Positions 9,234-19,664 of a stretch of 20,000 bases of DNA are shown in pieces. The position numbers were made by a program, and so were the translations under genes. Every line of letters starts with the position of its first letter. Position 1 is the first letter of the stretch. The notes below the pieces were generated by a model, which saw only the letters and a list, made by a program, of their open reading frames with translations, was not told the DNA's origin and made no database searches. Source of the DNA: Chiloscyllium plagiosum (lineage: Eukaryota); NCBI RefSeq assembly GCF_004010195.1, contig NC_057718.1:44157660-44177659 (forward strand), written 5' to 3'.

Positions 9234-10914
9234 TGGAGCCATGCCTCTCCCCAGTGGGTGTGCAGCACCAGATGGGCCAGTCCTGGTAAATGGAAAGAAT
9301 GAAGGCTGCCCCATTGTGTTTATAAGGGACATAAGGGGGTCCAGAATGAACACATCCTGAGATTTTGATAATGCACAGTGCACCCATTAAAAACCTTTTT
9401 CGAGTGGACTCATTGAAGGAAGGGGGCAGAGAAAGATGCCTTGAGTTTAAACTGGGAGAGTTAGTTTGCCATCACCCAGCAGTGTTGGTTAATCTCCACA
9501 TGGATGTTGAGCACATTTTAAACTCAAATCTTATGAGGGCATGTTTTTTTTTGTTTCGATTTGGCAATTCCCTGAACTCGATGAAGCCCCAGTGGAGATT
9601 GTGACAGGCACATGCACACAGGGAATTTGTACCAAAGGGAACTGTGGATAAGACCCACCAAAATGACTGAGGATCCAGCAACACAGGTAATTCTCGCAGA
9701 GCATAACTGTACATTCACCAACACAACTGCGAATCGTATCGAGGGTGAGATAGTGATGGACAGACCTGACCCAAAACCACAAAGAAAATACACTTGCCGC
9801 AAGTAGGCAAGAGGGGGAGGTGGCCAAGATCATTAGCAACTTGTTAAAACAAGGAGTACTATGTCCGATTGCATCTACCAATAACTCACCAATGTGGCCA
9901 GTTAAAAAACACATGGCTTTTGACAGCTCACCATTGATTACAGGAAATTAAATAAAACACCCCAATCACATCACCAACAGTAGTAGCAACTAGCCTCAAA
10001 ACCATGATGAGACAGTGCCCCATGGGCTAAAATATTTCACTGTACTGGACATTAGTAATAGATTTTACTCCATCCCCCTCCACAACCACTATCAATATAA
10101 ATTCACCTTCACATTTCCAGGCCAACAATGCACACGGACCTGCTTGCCCCATGGATTTCATAATTCTCCATCAATAGTTCATCAGTGGTGATTTAAAGGA
10201 CTGGAGAGGTTTTCCTGACTGGACTGCTTGGTACAACATGTGGAACATATCTGCCTGCCCTTCAGAGACAATGACCAAACACTTGGTACTGTTAAAGAAA
10301 TTGTCAACCATCCTCACTAAACTAAGACTAAATGTTAACCCCAAGAAAGCACAGATCACAAGGTTCCACCTCTCATACTTCAGAACTGAGAACCCTCTGG
10401 AGAAAAAACGGGAGCTATAGGGAGAGGCTGAACAGGCTGGGGCTGTTTTTCCTGGAGCGTCAGAAGCTGAGGGGTGACCTTATAGAAGTTTATAAAATTG
10501 CGAAGGGCATGGATAGGATAAACGTCTCTGGGGTGGGGGAGTCCAGAACTAGAGGGCATAGGTTTAGGGTGAGAGGGCAAGTTTTTCATTCAGAGGGTGG
10601 CACATGTATGGAATGAGTTGCCAGAGGAAGTGATGGAGGGTAGTACAATTGCAACATTTAAAAAGCATCTGGATGGGTATATGAATAGGAAGGGTTTGGA
10701 GGGATATGGGCCAGGTGCTGGCAGGTGGGACTAGATTGGGTTGGGATATCTGATTGGCATGGACGAGTTGGATCAAAGGATCTGTTTCGGTGGTGTACAT
10801 CTCTATGACTCTGAGGCCATAATCCTCCCCAGGGATCTGAGCTCGTTGTGTTCCTTTCTGGGCTTAGTGAGATACTGTCAGAATCACATCGACGTTTTCA
10901 CCACTAAAACTATG
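9234..10914 (+). pseudogene. pol: Decayed pro-pol: aspartic protease plus reverse transcriptase, interrupted by a CR1 fragment at 10412-10812 and truncated after the RT thumb
   Basis: Protease PIVFIRDIRGSR (GAC ATA AGG GGG TCC at 9328, two transitions from DTGGS) and EHILNSNLM (ILGxD-like). RT: IISNLLKQGVLCPIASTNNSPMWPVKK (to 9909), LTIDYRKLNK (9927), YFTVLDISNRFYSIPL (10033), YKFTFTF..QQCTRTCLPHGFHNSPS, LVQHVEH (decayed YVDD, 10237), LNVNPKKAQI, then LSSLCSFLGLVRYCQNHIDVF after the CR1. Confidence 0.92.
10412..10812 (+). mobile_element. CR1 (HER1-type) LINE, 5'-truncated 3' end inserted in the proviral RT
   Basis: SYRERLNRLGLFFLERQKLRGDLIEVYKI is the CR1 ORF2 C-terminus; 3' UTR ends CTCTATGACTCT; highly similar to the reverse complement of 19665-20000. 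Confidence 0.92.
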
Positions 10915-11007
10915 TTGTTCAGCCTGTTTACTTTGATCTACCTCACTGTCCTCCGTTGGAAGAAGAAACTCAATGAGAAACTAACCACGGACTCTATGCT
11001 ATTATAG
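10915..11007 (+). pseudogene. Possible env C-terminal remnant (partial transmembrane helix plus basic cytoplasmic tail)
   Basis: LFSLFTLIYLTVL-RWKKK-LNEKLTTDSMLL*: a hydrophobic run followed by a basic stop-transfer cluster, located between the RT break and the 3' UTR/LTR; no connection/RNase H-like sequence in any frame. Confidence 0.4.
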
Positions 11008-11269
11008 TGGGAACCAAGCACTTAATGAACACACACTGCATCATGAAAGGATGATGCCAATTGTTCAGTGGTATGAATTTTACTCTATTGAGAGCTGCTA
11101 ATCACCTAAGAGGCTTAAGGGCTATCAAGTGAATGGAATTAGTAACTAATTCTTAACTTCTATATTATTTGTATATAGCACTGTTAAGCTTGTTTATGTG
11201 CATATGGAAGATAGTTAATGTCTGGGATACAGCTGTCTATGTGCAATGGGGAATCTAGATAGTGAGGGA

Positions 11270-11359
11270 CAAAAACAGGAATTGCAGTAAAAGCTCAGCA
11301 GGTCTGGTAGCATCTGTAAAAAGAAATCAGAGTTTTGGGTCCAGTTACCCTTTCTCAGA
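11270..11359 (-). mobile_element. 90-bp mini PLE terminal-repeat insertion with 9-bp TSD
   Basis: AGTGAGGGA is duplicated at 11261-11269 and 11360-11368; the interior CAAAAACAGGAATTGCAGTAAAAGCTCAGCAGGTCTGGTAGCATCTGT..GGGTCCAGTTACCCTTTCTCAGA is the reverse of the PLE end with a decayed hammerhead. Confidence 0.8.
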
Positions 11360-11739
11360 AGTGAGGGAGTTAGGCTAGCTGCCTGAGTCTTGACAAGTGC
11401 CTGCACAAGAGTATGATCAGAGTCTGTGATCTCATTTTTGCTTGACACTTCAAGGGATCAACTGTGGTCAAATGACCATAGGCCCAAAATTGGACATTCT
11501 AAATCAACCCACAGATGGAGAAATTGAGCTTGACAGAAAACTGGCCAAAAGGTGTGCCGCTGGAAAAGTACAGCAGGTCAGGCGGCATCTGAAGAGCAGG
11601 AGAGTCGACATTTTTGGCATAAGCCGTTCATCAAGAATGTTGGGATGGGCAACCAAAGGGCTTGAGAGATAAATGGGAAGGGGGATGGGGCTGGGGGAAG
11701 GTAGCTTGGAAGGCAATAAGTAGATGAAGGTGTGGGGTG

Positions 11740-12069
11740 ATTAGATTAGATTCCCTACAGTGTGGAAACAGACCCTTTGGCCCGACAAGTTAATACTGAT
11801 CCTCCGAAGAGTAACCCCCCCCCAGACCCATTCCCCTACCCTACAGTTACCCCTGATTAATACACTTAACACCAGGGGCAATTTAGCATGGCCAATTTAC
11901 CTGATCTGCACATCTTTGGACTGTGGGAGGAAACCAGAGCACCCAAAGAAAATCCACGCAGACACAAGGAGAACGTGCAAACTCCACACAAACAGGTGCC
12001 CGAGGCTGGAATTGAATCTGGGACCCTGGTGCTGTGAGGCTGCAGCGCTAACCACTGACCCTCTGTGCC
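11740..12069 (-). mobile_element. HE1-type tRNA-derived V-SINE
   Basis: Minus strand: A-box-like CAGTGGTTAGC, B-box-like GATTCAATTCC, V-domain TGTGTGGAGTTTGCACGTTCTCC..GGTTTCCTCCCACAGTCCAAAGATGTGCAG, CR1-like 3' tail GGGTCTGTTTCCACACTGTAGGG and (AATCT)n end. Confidence 0.92.
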
Positions 12070-12303
12070 AATGATAGGTTGGAGTGCAGGGTGGAGTGGA
12101 TAGGTGGGAAGGAAGATGGATAGGGAGGACAGCTCAAGAATGCGGTGCCGAGTTAGAAGGTTGGATCTGGGATGAGGTGGGGGGAGGGGAGATGAGGAAA
12201 CTGGTGAAGTCAACATTGATGCCGTGTGGTTAGAGGGTCCCAAGGAAGGAGATGAGGCGTTCCTCCTCCAAGTGTTGGGTGGCTTGAATTTGGCAGTGAA
12301 GGA

Positions 12304-12570
12304 GGCCTCCTCTATATTGGGGAGACAGGATATCAACTTGTGGAATGGTTCAGGGAACATCTCTGGGACCCACACACACCCAACAATCCCAATGCCATGT
12401 GACCGAGCATTTCAATTCCCCCTCCCACTCCACCAAGGACATGCAAGTCCTGGGCCTCCTCCACCGCCAAATCCAAGCCACCCGATACCTGGACGAAGAA
12501 CGCCTCATCTTCTACCTAGGGATCCTCCAACCACATGGGATCAATGTTGATTTCATCAGTTTCCTCATCT
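12304..12570 (+). pseudogene. PLE GIY-YIG endonuclease C-terminal fragment
   Basis: GLLYIGETGYQLVEWFREHLWD, frameshift, then CHVTEHFNSPSHSTKDMQVLGLLHRQIQATRYLDEERLIFYLGILQPHGINVDF. Confidence 0.85.
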
Positions 12571-13267
12571 CCCCTCCCCCCACCTTATCCTGGATCCAAC
12601 CATCCAACTTAGCATCACCTTCTTGAACTATCCCACCTGTCTATCTTCCTTCCCGTCTATCTGCTCCACCTTCAGCTCTGACCTATCACCATCATCCCCC
12701 ACCTTCATCAACTTATTGCCTTCTAAGGTACCTTCCTCTCAGCCCCACACCCCTCCCATTTATCTTTCAACCCTTTGGACTGCCCCCTACCCTCCCCATG
12801 CCCAAAACATTGACTCTCCTGCTCCTCAGATGCTGCCTGACCTACTGTGCTTTTCCAGTGCCACACTTTTTGACTCTGTTCTCCAGCATCTGCAGTCCTC
12901 AATTTCTCCGACAAAATTGGCCAAACTAATTTAAACAGCAAGATCATAGAGGTTATAAAACTTCAGGGGAATCAGTTACAACCAGCCCGAGGGTTGTGTA
13001 TTGGAGAACTTTTGATCAGACTTCCAGGCATCTTGCCTTCCAGCCAATGCCTGAGACCATGCACTTTACACCTCCTCAGAATGGCAACAGTGACTGGTGT
13101 TGGTGCGACCCCATTGGATAACTTGAACCCAGCCCATGATCCCATTGGTCAAAGACCAGAGAACATTCCCGAATGTCAGGAGTAAGGGGGTCTAAGAGCA
13201 CACACCTGGATGTCACTCCCTCAGTGCAAACCCAACCTGACCCAGCAATGGAGCTCCAACCATCTGG

Positions 13268-13320
13268 AGGGAGAGAGAGGCAGAGAGACAGAGACACAGA
13301 GACAGAGAGGGAAAGAGAGA
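13268..13320 (+). repeat. Imperfect (GA)/(GACAGA) microsatellite within the 3' LTR
   Basis: AGGGAGAGAGAGGCAGAGAGACAGAGACACAGAGACAGAGAGGGAAAGAGAGA; not present in this form in the 5' LTR. Confidence 0.8.
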
Positions 13321-13646
13321 ATATCCATTCTGACCTGCAAGTGGCACCTTCATAGGAGACAGCCAGCCCTACATTGGAGAGGAAGGAGATTCCAACAGCC
13401 CAGCTAAAACGCATGAGTCATTGTAGGTAAAATCTTTCACAGATTGATTGAGCTAGACAAAGAATAAATATTGTGGTAATTTGGGAAAGGCTCACAAAGT
13501 GTTTTTAATAAGGAATATTTCATTAATAAAATCGAGTTGACCTGCAAACAAATTTTGTGTTCCCTTGTCTACCTCATTGACAAAACTGCATGGGTAAATT
13601 ATTTTTAATACATAAACAGGTCAAACTGTCAAGACCACAGACAATA

Positions 13647-13775
13647 ATGTGAAAACAGAAGCAGAATGAACAGAGTTCCAAGAAGACTCACACTTGACTT
13701 GACCCTTTAACTCTTTTTTGCTCAACACAGATGCTGCCAGACCTGCTGAGTTTCTACAACGTATCCTGATTTTGT
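13647..13775. mobile_element. Right part of the PLE-derived palindromic element split by the provirus
   Basis: ATGTGAAAACAGAAGCAGAATGAAC continues the arm broken at 6283; then CACAGATGCTGCCAGACCTGCTGAGTTTCTACAAC forms the opposite arm. Confidence 0.6.
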
Positions 13776-14605
13776 ATCCATTGATTGCATTCACCTATGA
13801 TAGGACAATACATAACTTGGATAATTCTACAACCAAAACAAAGATATTTGCAAAATTTAGTCCAGAGAGAGATTACTAGAGTTGAGAATGATGGCCATAA
13901 TTCTACTTGTGTTTTCCTTTATGATGCAAATAAAATAATGCTTGTAGAGTTGCTTACATCTGACAGAAGTTAACATTCTGGAGGTCAAGATTTCATATAT
14001 TGACTTTAGGCAGATAAGCATTGATGATAGTGTCGGGCAGTCTAATGGCATGATATGACTGAATTTGAGTTGCTAACATGTACAGATAATTTCAGCATTT
14101 ACATATTTCAAAGGGGGAACTTTATTCAAAGCAAAATGGATCAAAGAATGAACACAACATTGCCCAATCTCTCACATGTCTTATCTTCAAGGTTGATTTC
14201 CCACAGTGGGATCAGCAATGCTGAAATTTTGCACACACTTTGGACTTTCAAAAGTATCAAGTTTACTTCATTGTCTTTATAGAAAAGCATATAACATGAC
14301 ATTAAGACATTAAGGGACTTGGATAATAGAGTCTAACAGTGTTTATATCAACTTCTTTCAATATGTTTGTAAGCCTATAAAGAGACACTTGTTGTGCGTG
14401 TTTCACTGAATTAGAGCAGTAAGTTAAACACAATCCTTTAGGATGGTTCAAGTTGTAGTGTTCTTGGACTTGTTACAGTTCAGTGAGTGGACTTTCATTT
14501 CACTGAATAGTAAAGCAATTTCATGCAATTTGTTGACATGAGAAAAGTGCAAGCAGAAGCAATTTTTCATATACTTTTTGATTAAAAGTAATGACCTAAG
14601 GTATT

Positions 14606-15350
14606 TTTCTTATTCATTCATGGGATGAGGGTGTTGTTGGCCAGGTGAGCATTTATTGTCCATCTTAAGGAGGTGTTTTCTTGAAATACTGCAATTCATC
14701 TGGTGCATGTACATCTACAATGCTGTAAGGAAGGAGTTCTAGGATTTTGATACAACAACACTAAAGAAACAACAATATATTTCCAAGTCAGGATGCTGAA
14801 TGGTTTGCAGGGGAACTTGCAGATGGTCGTGTTCCCATGTATCTGCTGCCCGTGTTCTTCAAGATGGATATAGACATAGTTTTACAAAGGTATTGACTAA
14901 GGAGCTTTGGTGAATTTAAGAACTATATCTTGTACATGGTATACATTGCTGCTAAAGATCACCAGTAATAGAGGGAGTGAATGTATGCAGATGTGGTGCC
15001 AATCAAGCAGGCTGCTTTGTACTGCGTGGTGTTAGGCTTCTTGAGTATTGTTGAAGCTTTGCACATTCAGGCAAGTGTGAAGTATTCCTACTTTAGTCAT
15101 GCACCTATTTGTGCCTTGTAGACATAGACAGGCTTTCGGGAGTCAAGAGGTGAATTGCAGAATTCCCAACCTCTTACATTTATATATTAGTCTAGTTCAG
15201 CATCTGGCCAATGATAACCCCATGATGTTGGTGGCATTCAGCAATAGTAATGCCATTGATTGTCATGGGGTAATAGTTAGATTCTTTGTTGTTGGAGATG
15301 GTCATTCCCTGGCATTTGGGTGGTAAAAAACCTGCCAAGATATTGCCCAG
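14606..15350 (-). mobile_element. Old LINE 3' fragment (CR1/L2-group family distinct from the HER1-type copies)
   Basis: Minus strand ends in a (TGAA)n/A-rich tail (TTTTTCTTATTCATTCATGGGATG on +) and encodes decayed ORF2 C-terminal pieces such as HPDLEIYCCFFSVVVSKS*NSFLTAL and PKCQGMTISNNKESNYYP. Confidence 0.65.
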
Positions 15351-15724
15351 TTATTGCTACATTTGAACATGGACGCAGCATGGGTTTATGTGTTAATGTA
15401 CTGGTATTGATGCAATACAATACACTCCTGACTGGTCTCCCATGTTGTACCCTCCACTTGTAGGTGGTGCAAAGGTGAATAGATGTTGTCCACACATGTA
15501 AGAAACCCAAACGTCAGTCTAATTGAACTCAATGGTGAGTTCAGAGTCCATTTTGCTGTGGCAGTGGCCTTAATCCACAGGAGTTATACATTTTTTCCAC
15601 TCCACTCCCATTTCTCAGCATTTAGAGTCACAGAGTATGACTTCACCTTTGGCCCAAACTGGTCCACGCCAACCAAAATGTCTGTCCACACTAACCCCAT
15701 TTCCCTGCACTAGACCCATATCCT

Positions 15725-18380
15725 TGTATTTGTCCAAATGCCTTTTAAATGTTGTTAATGTATCCACCTCAACCACTTCTGCTGGCAGCTCATTCCATAT
15801 GTGTACCACCCTCTGTGTAAAAGATGTTGCCCCTCAGGTTCCCTTTAATCCTCGGTACCCCAACCTGGGAAAAAGACAGAGTGCATTCCCCCTATCCATG
15901 CCTCTTATGATCTTATACACCCTATAAGGTCCCCCCTCAGTCTCCTACGTGCTAAAGAAAAAAGTCCCAGCTTGTCCAACCTCTCCCTATAACTCAGACC
16001 ATTGAATCCTGGCAACATACTTGTAAATTTCTTCTGCACTGTTTCCAGTTTAATAACACCCTTCTAATAACAAGGTGACCCCCAAAACTCTAACTGCAGC
16101 CTCACCAACATCCTGTATAACTGCAACATAACTTTCCAACTTCTATACTCACTACCTTGACTGATAAAGGCCGTTGTCCCGAGAGCCTTCTTCACTGCCC
16201 TGTCTACCTATGACTTCACTTGAACTCCAAGATTCCTCTGTTCCACTTCATTCCTTAAGGCCGTATGATTCACCATGAAACTCCTACCTTGATTTGACGT
16301 TTCAAAATGCAAGACATCATACTTATCTATATTAAAGTCCATTTGCCATTTCTCAGCCCACTTCCCCAGCTGATCAAGGTCCTGCTGCAATTTCTGATAA
16401 CCTTCCTCACTGCCCATGATACTGCCTATTTTAGTGTCATCAGCAATACTAATCACACTTTGAACATTCTCATCCAAATCATCGATATAGATAACAAATA
16501 TTAATGGGCCCAGAAATGACCCCTGAAGCAGTCCACAATTCACAGGCTTCCAGTCTAACAAAATCCTTCCACTATTACCCTCTGCTTCCTACCATAAAGC
16601 CAATTGTGTATCCAATTTGCCAGCTTGTCCCAGATTCCATGCAATCTAATCTTCCAGAGCAACCCACATGTGGAACATTATCAAAGGCCTTACTGATATC
16701 TATATAGACTACATCCACCGCCCTGCCCTTGTCAACCTTCCTGGTCACTTCATCAAAGAACTCGAACAAATTTATGAGACATGATCTCCCACTCACAAAG
16801 CCATGCTGAATACTCCTAATCAAACCCTGTCTTCCCAATTGCATGTATACCTTAATCTTCAGAATCTTCTCAAGTAACTTACCCACCACAAATGTTGGAC
16901 TTACTGGTCTATAGTTCCCAGGCTTTTCTTTGCAGCCCTACTTGAATAATGGCACAATATTCACTACCCTTCAGTCTTCCAGGATTAACAATGATGCAAA
17001 AATATCAGCCAGGGCCCCCACATTTCCTCTCTAGCCTCTTGCAGTGTTCTTGGATATATCTGGTCAGGACCAGGAAATTTACCCACCTTCACACATTCTA
17101 ATACAACCAACACCTCCACTACTGTGATATGAACTATTCCCAGGATATCATCACTAACTTCCCCAAGTCCCCAAGTCTTCATGTTTTTCTCCATAGTAAA
17201 CAGAGAGGAGAAATATTCATTAAGAACCTCGCCCATCTCCTGTGGTTCTACACATACTTGTCCACTTTGGTCCTTGAGGGGCCCTATTCTCTCTCTAGTT
17301 ATTCTTTTTTCTTTAATACACTTAAATTATCTCTTTGGATTCACCCTAATCTTCTCAGCCAAGACTATCTCGTGTCCCCTTCTGATTTCCTTCTCCAGTA
17401 AACTCCTATGTTCCCCATATACCTCCAGGCATTCCCTCGGTCCCAGCTACCTTCACCTGAGTCACACCTGTTTTCTGGTCAAAGCCTCAATATCTCTTGT
17501 CATCCAGGGTTCCCTATTCCTGCCAACCTTGTTCTTCATCCTCACAGAAACATGTAGACCTTGAATTTGAGTGATCTCACTTTTAAAGGCCTTCCACTTG
17601 CCAGAGCTTCCTTTGCCTGCAAACAAACTACTCCAGTCAACCCCTCCAAGTTCCTGTCTAATTCCATCAAAATTCGTCTTACCCCAATTTAGAACTTAAA
17701 CCTGTGGACCAGTTTTGTCCCTCTCCATAACTATTTTAAAATTAATAGAACTATTGCCACTGGTCCCAAAATGCTCCCCCACTGTCATCTCCATCACCTG
17801 TCCTGCCCTATTTCCCAAGAGTAGGTCAGGTTTGCCCCTTCCCAAGTAGGACCCTCTATATATTGTTTGAGGAGTCTTTTCTGAATGCACTTAACAAATT
17901 CCACCCTATCTAAGCCCTTAACGCTCTGGCAATCCCAGTTTATGTTAGGAAAATTAAAATCCCCTACTATGACAACCATATTGCTCCTGCAAGTCTCCCT
18001 AGTCTCCCTGTATATTTGTTCCTCTAATTTCCGTTGACTATTTGGGGGCCTGTAATATAACCCCAATAACATCACCATCCCCTTCTTAGCTCCACCCGCA
18101 AAGCCTCACTGGATGATTCTTCAGTTATTTCATCTCTGACTACTGCTGTGACACTCACCTTAATCAAAAATGCAAGTCCCCCTCCCCTCTTTCCACCACC
18201 TCTGTCCCACCTAAAGCACCTGTACCCTGGCACATTAAGCTGCCAGTCCTGTCCCTCTCTTAGCCATGTTTCTGTAATGGCTATAATATCCCAATCCCAT
18301 GTACCTAACCATGCCCTAAGTTCATTGGCTTTACCTGTCAGCCCTCTTGCATTGAAATAGGTGTAATTTAATCCAACAGA
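15725..18380 (-). pseudogene. CR1 ORF2 (APE endonuclease plus RT), frameshifted with internal deletions
   Basis: YFNARGL..DIIAITETWL; LYYRPP; VIVGDFNFPNINW; KFPGPDQIYPR; QHGFVSGRSCLINLFEFF; YIDISKAFDNVPH; QGSFLGPLIFVIYIDDL; IADDTK; WNELP..FKRHLD. Confidence 0.95.
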
Positions 18381-18494
18381 CATTTCTTGCTCCATGTCAT
18401 GCTCCAGCCTGACCTGTCTCTTCATCTTACTATTTCTGATTACTGTATCTCCTTTGAGCCTTGCATTTGCCTCCCTGTTTTGTGGATCCCACCC

Positions 18495-19356
18495 TTAACC
18501 CTCCCTGGTAGCACTAGCAAACCTGGCTGCCAAGATATTGGTCCCCCTCTATTTCAGGTGCAACTCGTCCCTCTTGAACAGGTCACTTCTGCCCCAGAAA
18601 AGATCCCAATGATCTAAAAATCTGAATCCCTGTGCCCTGCACCAATTCTTCAACCATGCATTCATCTGCCCTAATCTCCTGTTCTTACACTCACTAGCGT
18701 GTGGCACTGGAAGTAATCAGGAGATTATCACCAATGAGGTCCTGGTTTTTAATTTTTGTTCTTAGCTTTCTATAAACACTCTGCAGGACCTCATTCCTAT
18801 TTCTACCCATGTCATTTGTACCAATGTGCACAATGACTTCTGGCTGCTCCCTCATGAGAATGTTCTGCAGCCACTCTGAGACATCCTGGACACTGGCACC
18901 TGGGAGGCAACACACTATCCTGGATTCACATTTGCCACCACAGAATCTCCAATCTGTCCCCCTAACTATCGAATCTCCTATCAGTAAGGTCCTGTTTGCC
19001 CTTACCCTTTCCCACTGTGCCCCAGAGCCAGTCATAGTGCCACCAACCTGGCTACTGTTGCTTTGGCCTGAATGGTCATTCCCCTCCCCACCCCTCCAAT
19101 AGTATCGAAAACAGAATCCTTGTTTTCAAGAGGAATGGTCGTAGTGCATTGCTGTACTCTCTGCCTTTGCCTTTCCTGGTGGTCACCCAGTTACTCTCTG
19201 CCTGCACCTTAGGTGTGACTACCTCACTAAAACTCTTATCTATGAGGTGGTCAGCATCTCAGATGATCCTGAGTGCATTCAGCTCCAGATTCAGCTCCAG
19301 CTACCTAACATGGTCTCCCAGAAGCTGCATTTCTCACAGGTGTAGCCATCAGGGAT
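18495..19356 (-). pseudogene. CR1 ORF1 (zinc finger/leucine zipper plus SGNH esterase)
   Basis: PDGYTCEKC then LEL..LRII; esterase blocks LLIGDSIVRG, CCLPGA, VIVHIGTNDMG and GTNILAARF. Confidence 0.9.
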
Positions 19357-19664
19357 AACGGTCCCAGGGATATTTGGTCCCAGCCTTTTATGCAATGGCA
19401 TTTCAATTGTTCAACTAAATATTTCTTAATATTTCAGGCAGAGTTTTAGACACTCACCACTCTTTGGATGAAAAACATTTTACTTAGATCCCTCATAATC
19501 AATTGAGACAGTAAGATACTGAGGTAGAATTTGACAATCATTTGATATTTTTCTTGTTTCCTAATAAGAGGAGCATGGATATCTGATTGACAGATTTGAA
19601 TCCTAATATTTCTTAAATAAATATACTTTGATTTTTTTTGTCATTCAGATACCAATTTAGATCC

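Larger units (their letters stand above)
11551..12909. mobile_element. Penelope-like element in inverted arrangement, with both 3' ends facing outward
   Basis: 11551-12307 (minus the SINE) is the reverse complement of about 12452-12870; flanked by the imperfect duplication GACAGAAAACTGGCCAAA (11532-11549) / GACAAAATTGGCCAAA (12910-12925), which is single-copy in the 5' LTR (6354-6371). Confidence 0.88.
6284..13646 (+). mobile_element. Ancient, internally deleted endogenous retrovirus-like provirus (LTR-gag-pro-RT-[deletion]-LTR) with nested insertions
   Basis: Two colinear direct repeats of about 780 bp flank decayed gag, protease and RT motifs in the correct order and orientation. ATGTG is present at both outer junctions (6281-6285, 13647-13651). 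Boundaries are +/-10 bp. Confidence 0.9.
11463..13646 (+). repeat. 3' LTR, interrupted by a 1.36-kb Penelope/SINE insertion (11551-12909)
   Basis: 11463-11549 matches 6284-6371; 12910-13646 matches 6354-7058; terminal inverted repeat TGTGGTC (11463) / GACCACA (13633-13639); AATAAA at 13463 and 13524. Confidence 0.88.
15623..19356 (-). mobile_element. CR1 LINE, about 3.7 kb, 5'-truncated within ORF1, decayed
   Basis: ORF1 zinc-finger/leucine-zipper and esterase, APE endonuclease, RT and 3' tail (TAGAGTCACAGAGT on +) occur in the correct order. Confidence 0.95.

Noticed and set aside
11990..12069. tRNA-like A/B boxes on the minus strand as a tRNA gene
   Set aside because: It is the head of the HE1 SINE, followed by V-domain and LINE-derived tail; no full cloverleaf.
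13857..14282. Short ORFs and splice-like motifs in unique AT-rich sequence
   Set aside because: No recognisable protein and no convincing acceptor-donor pair.
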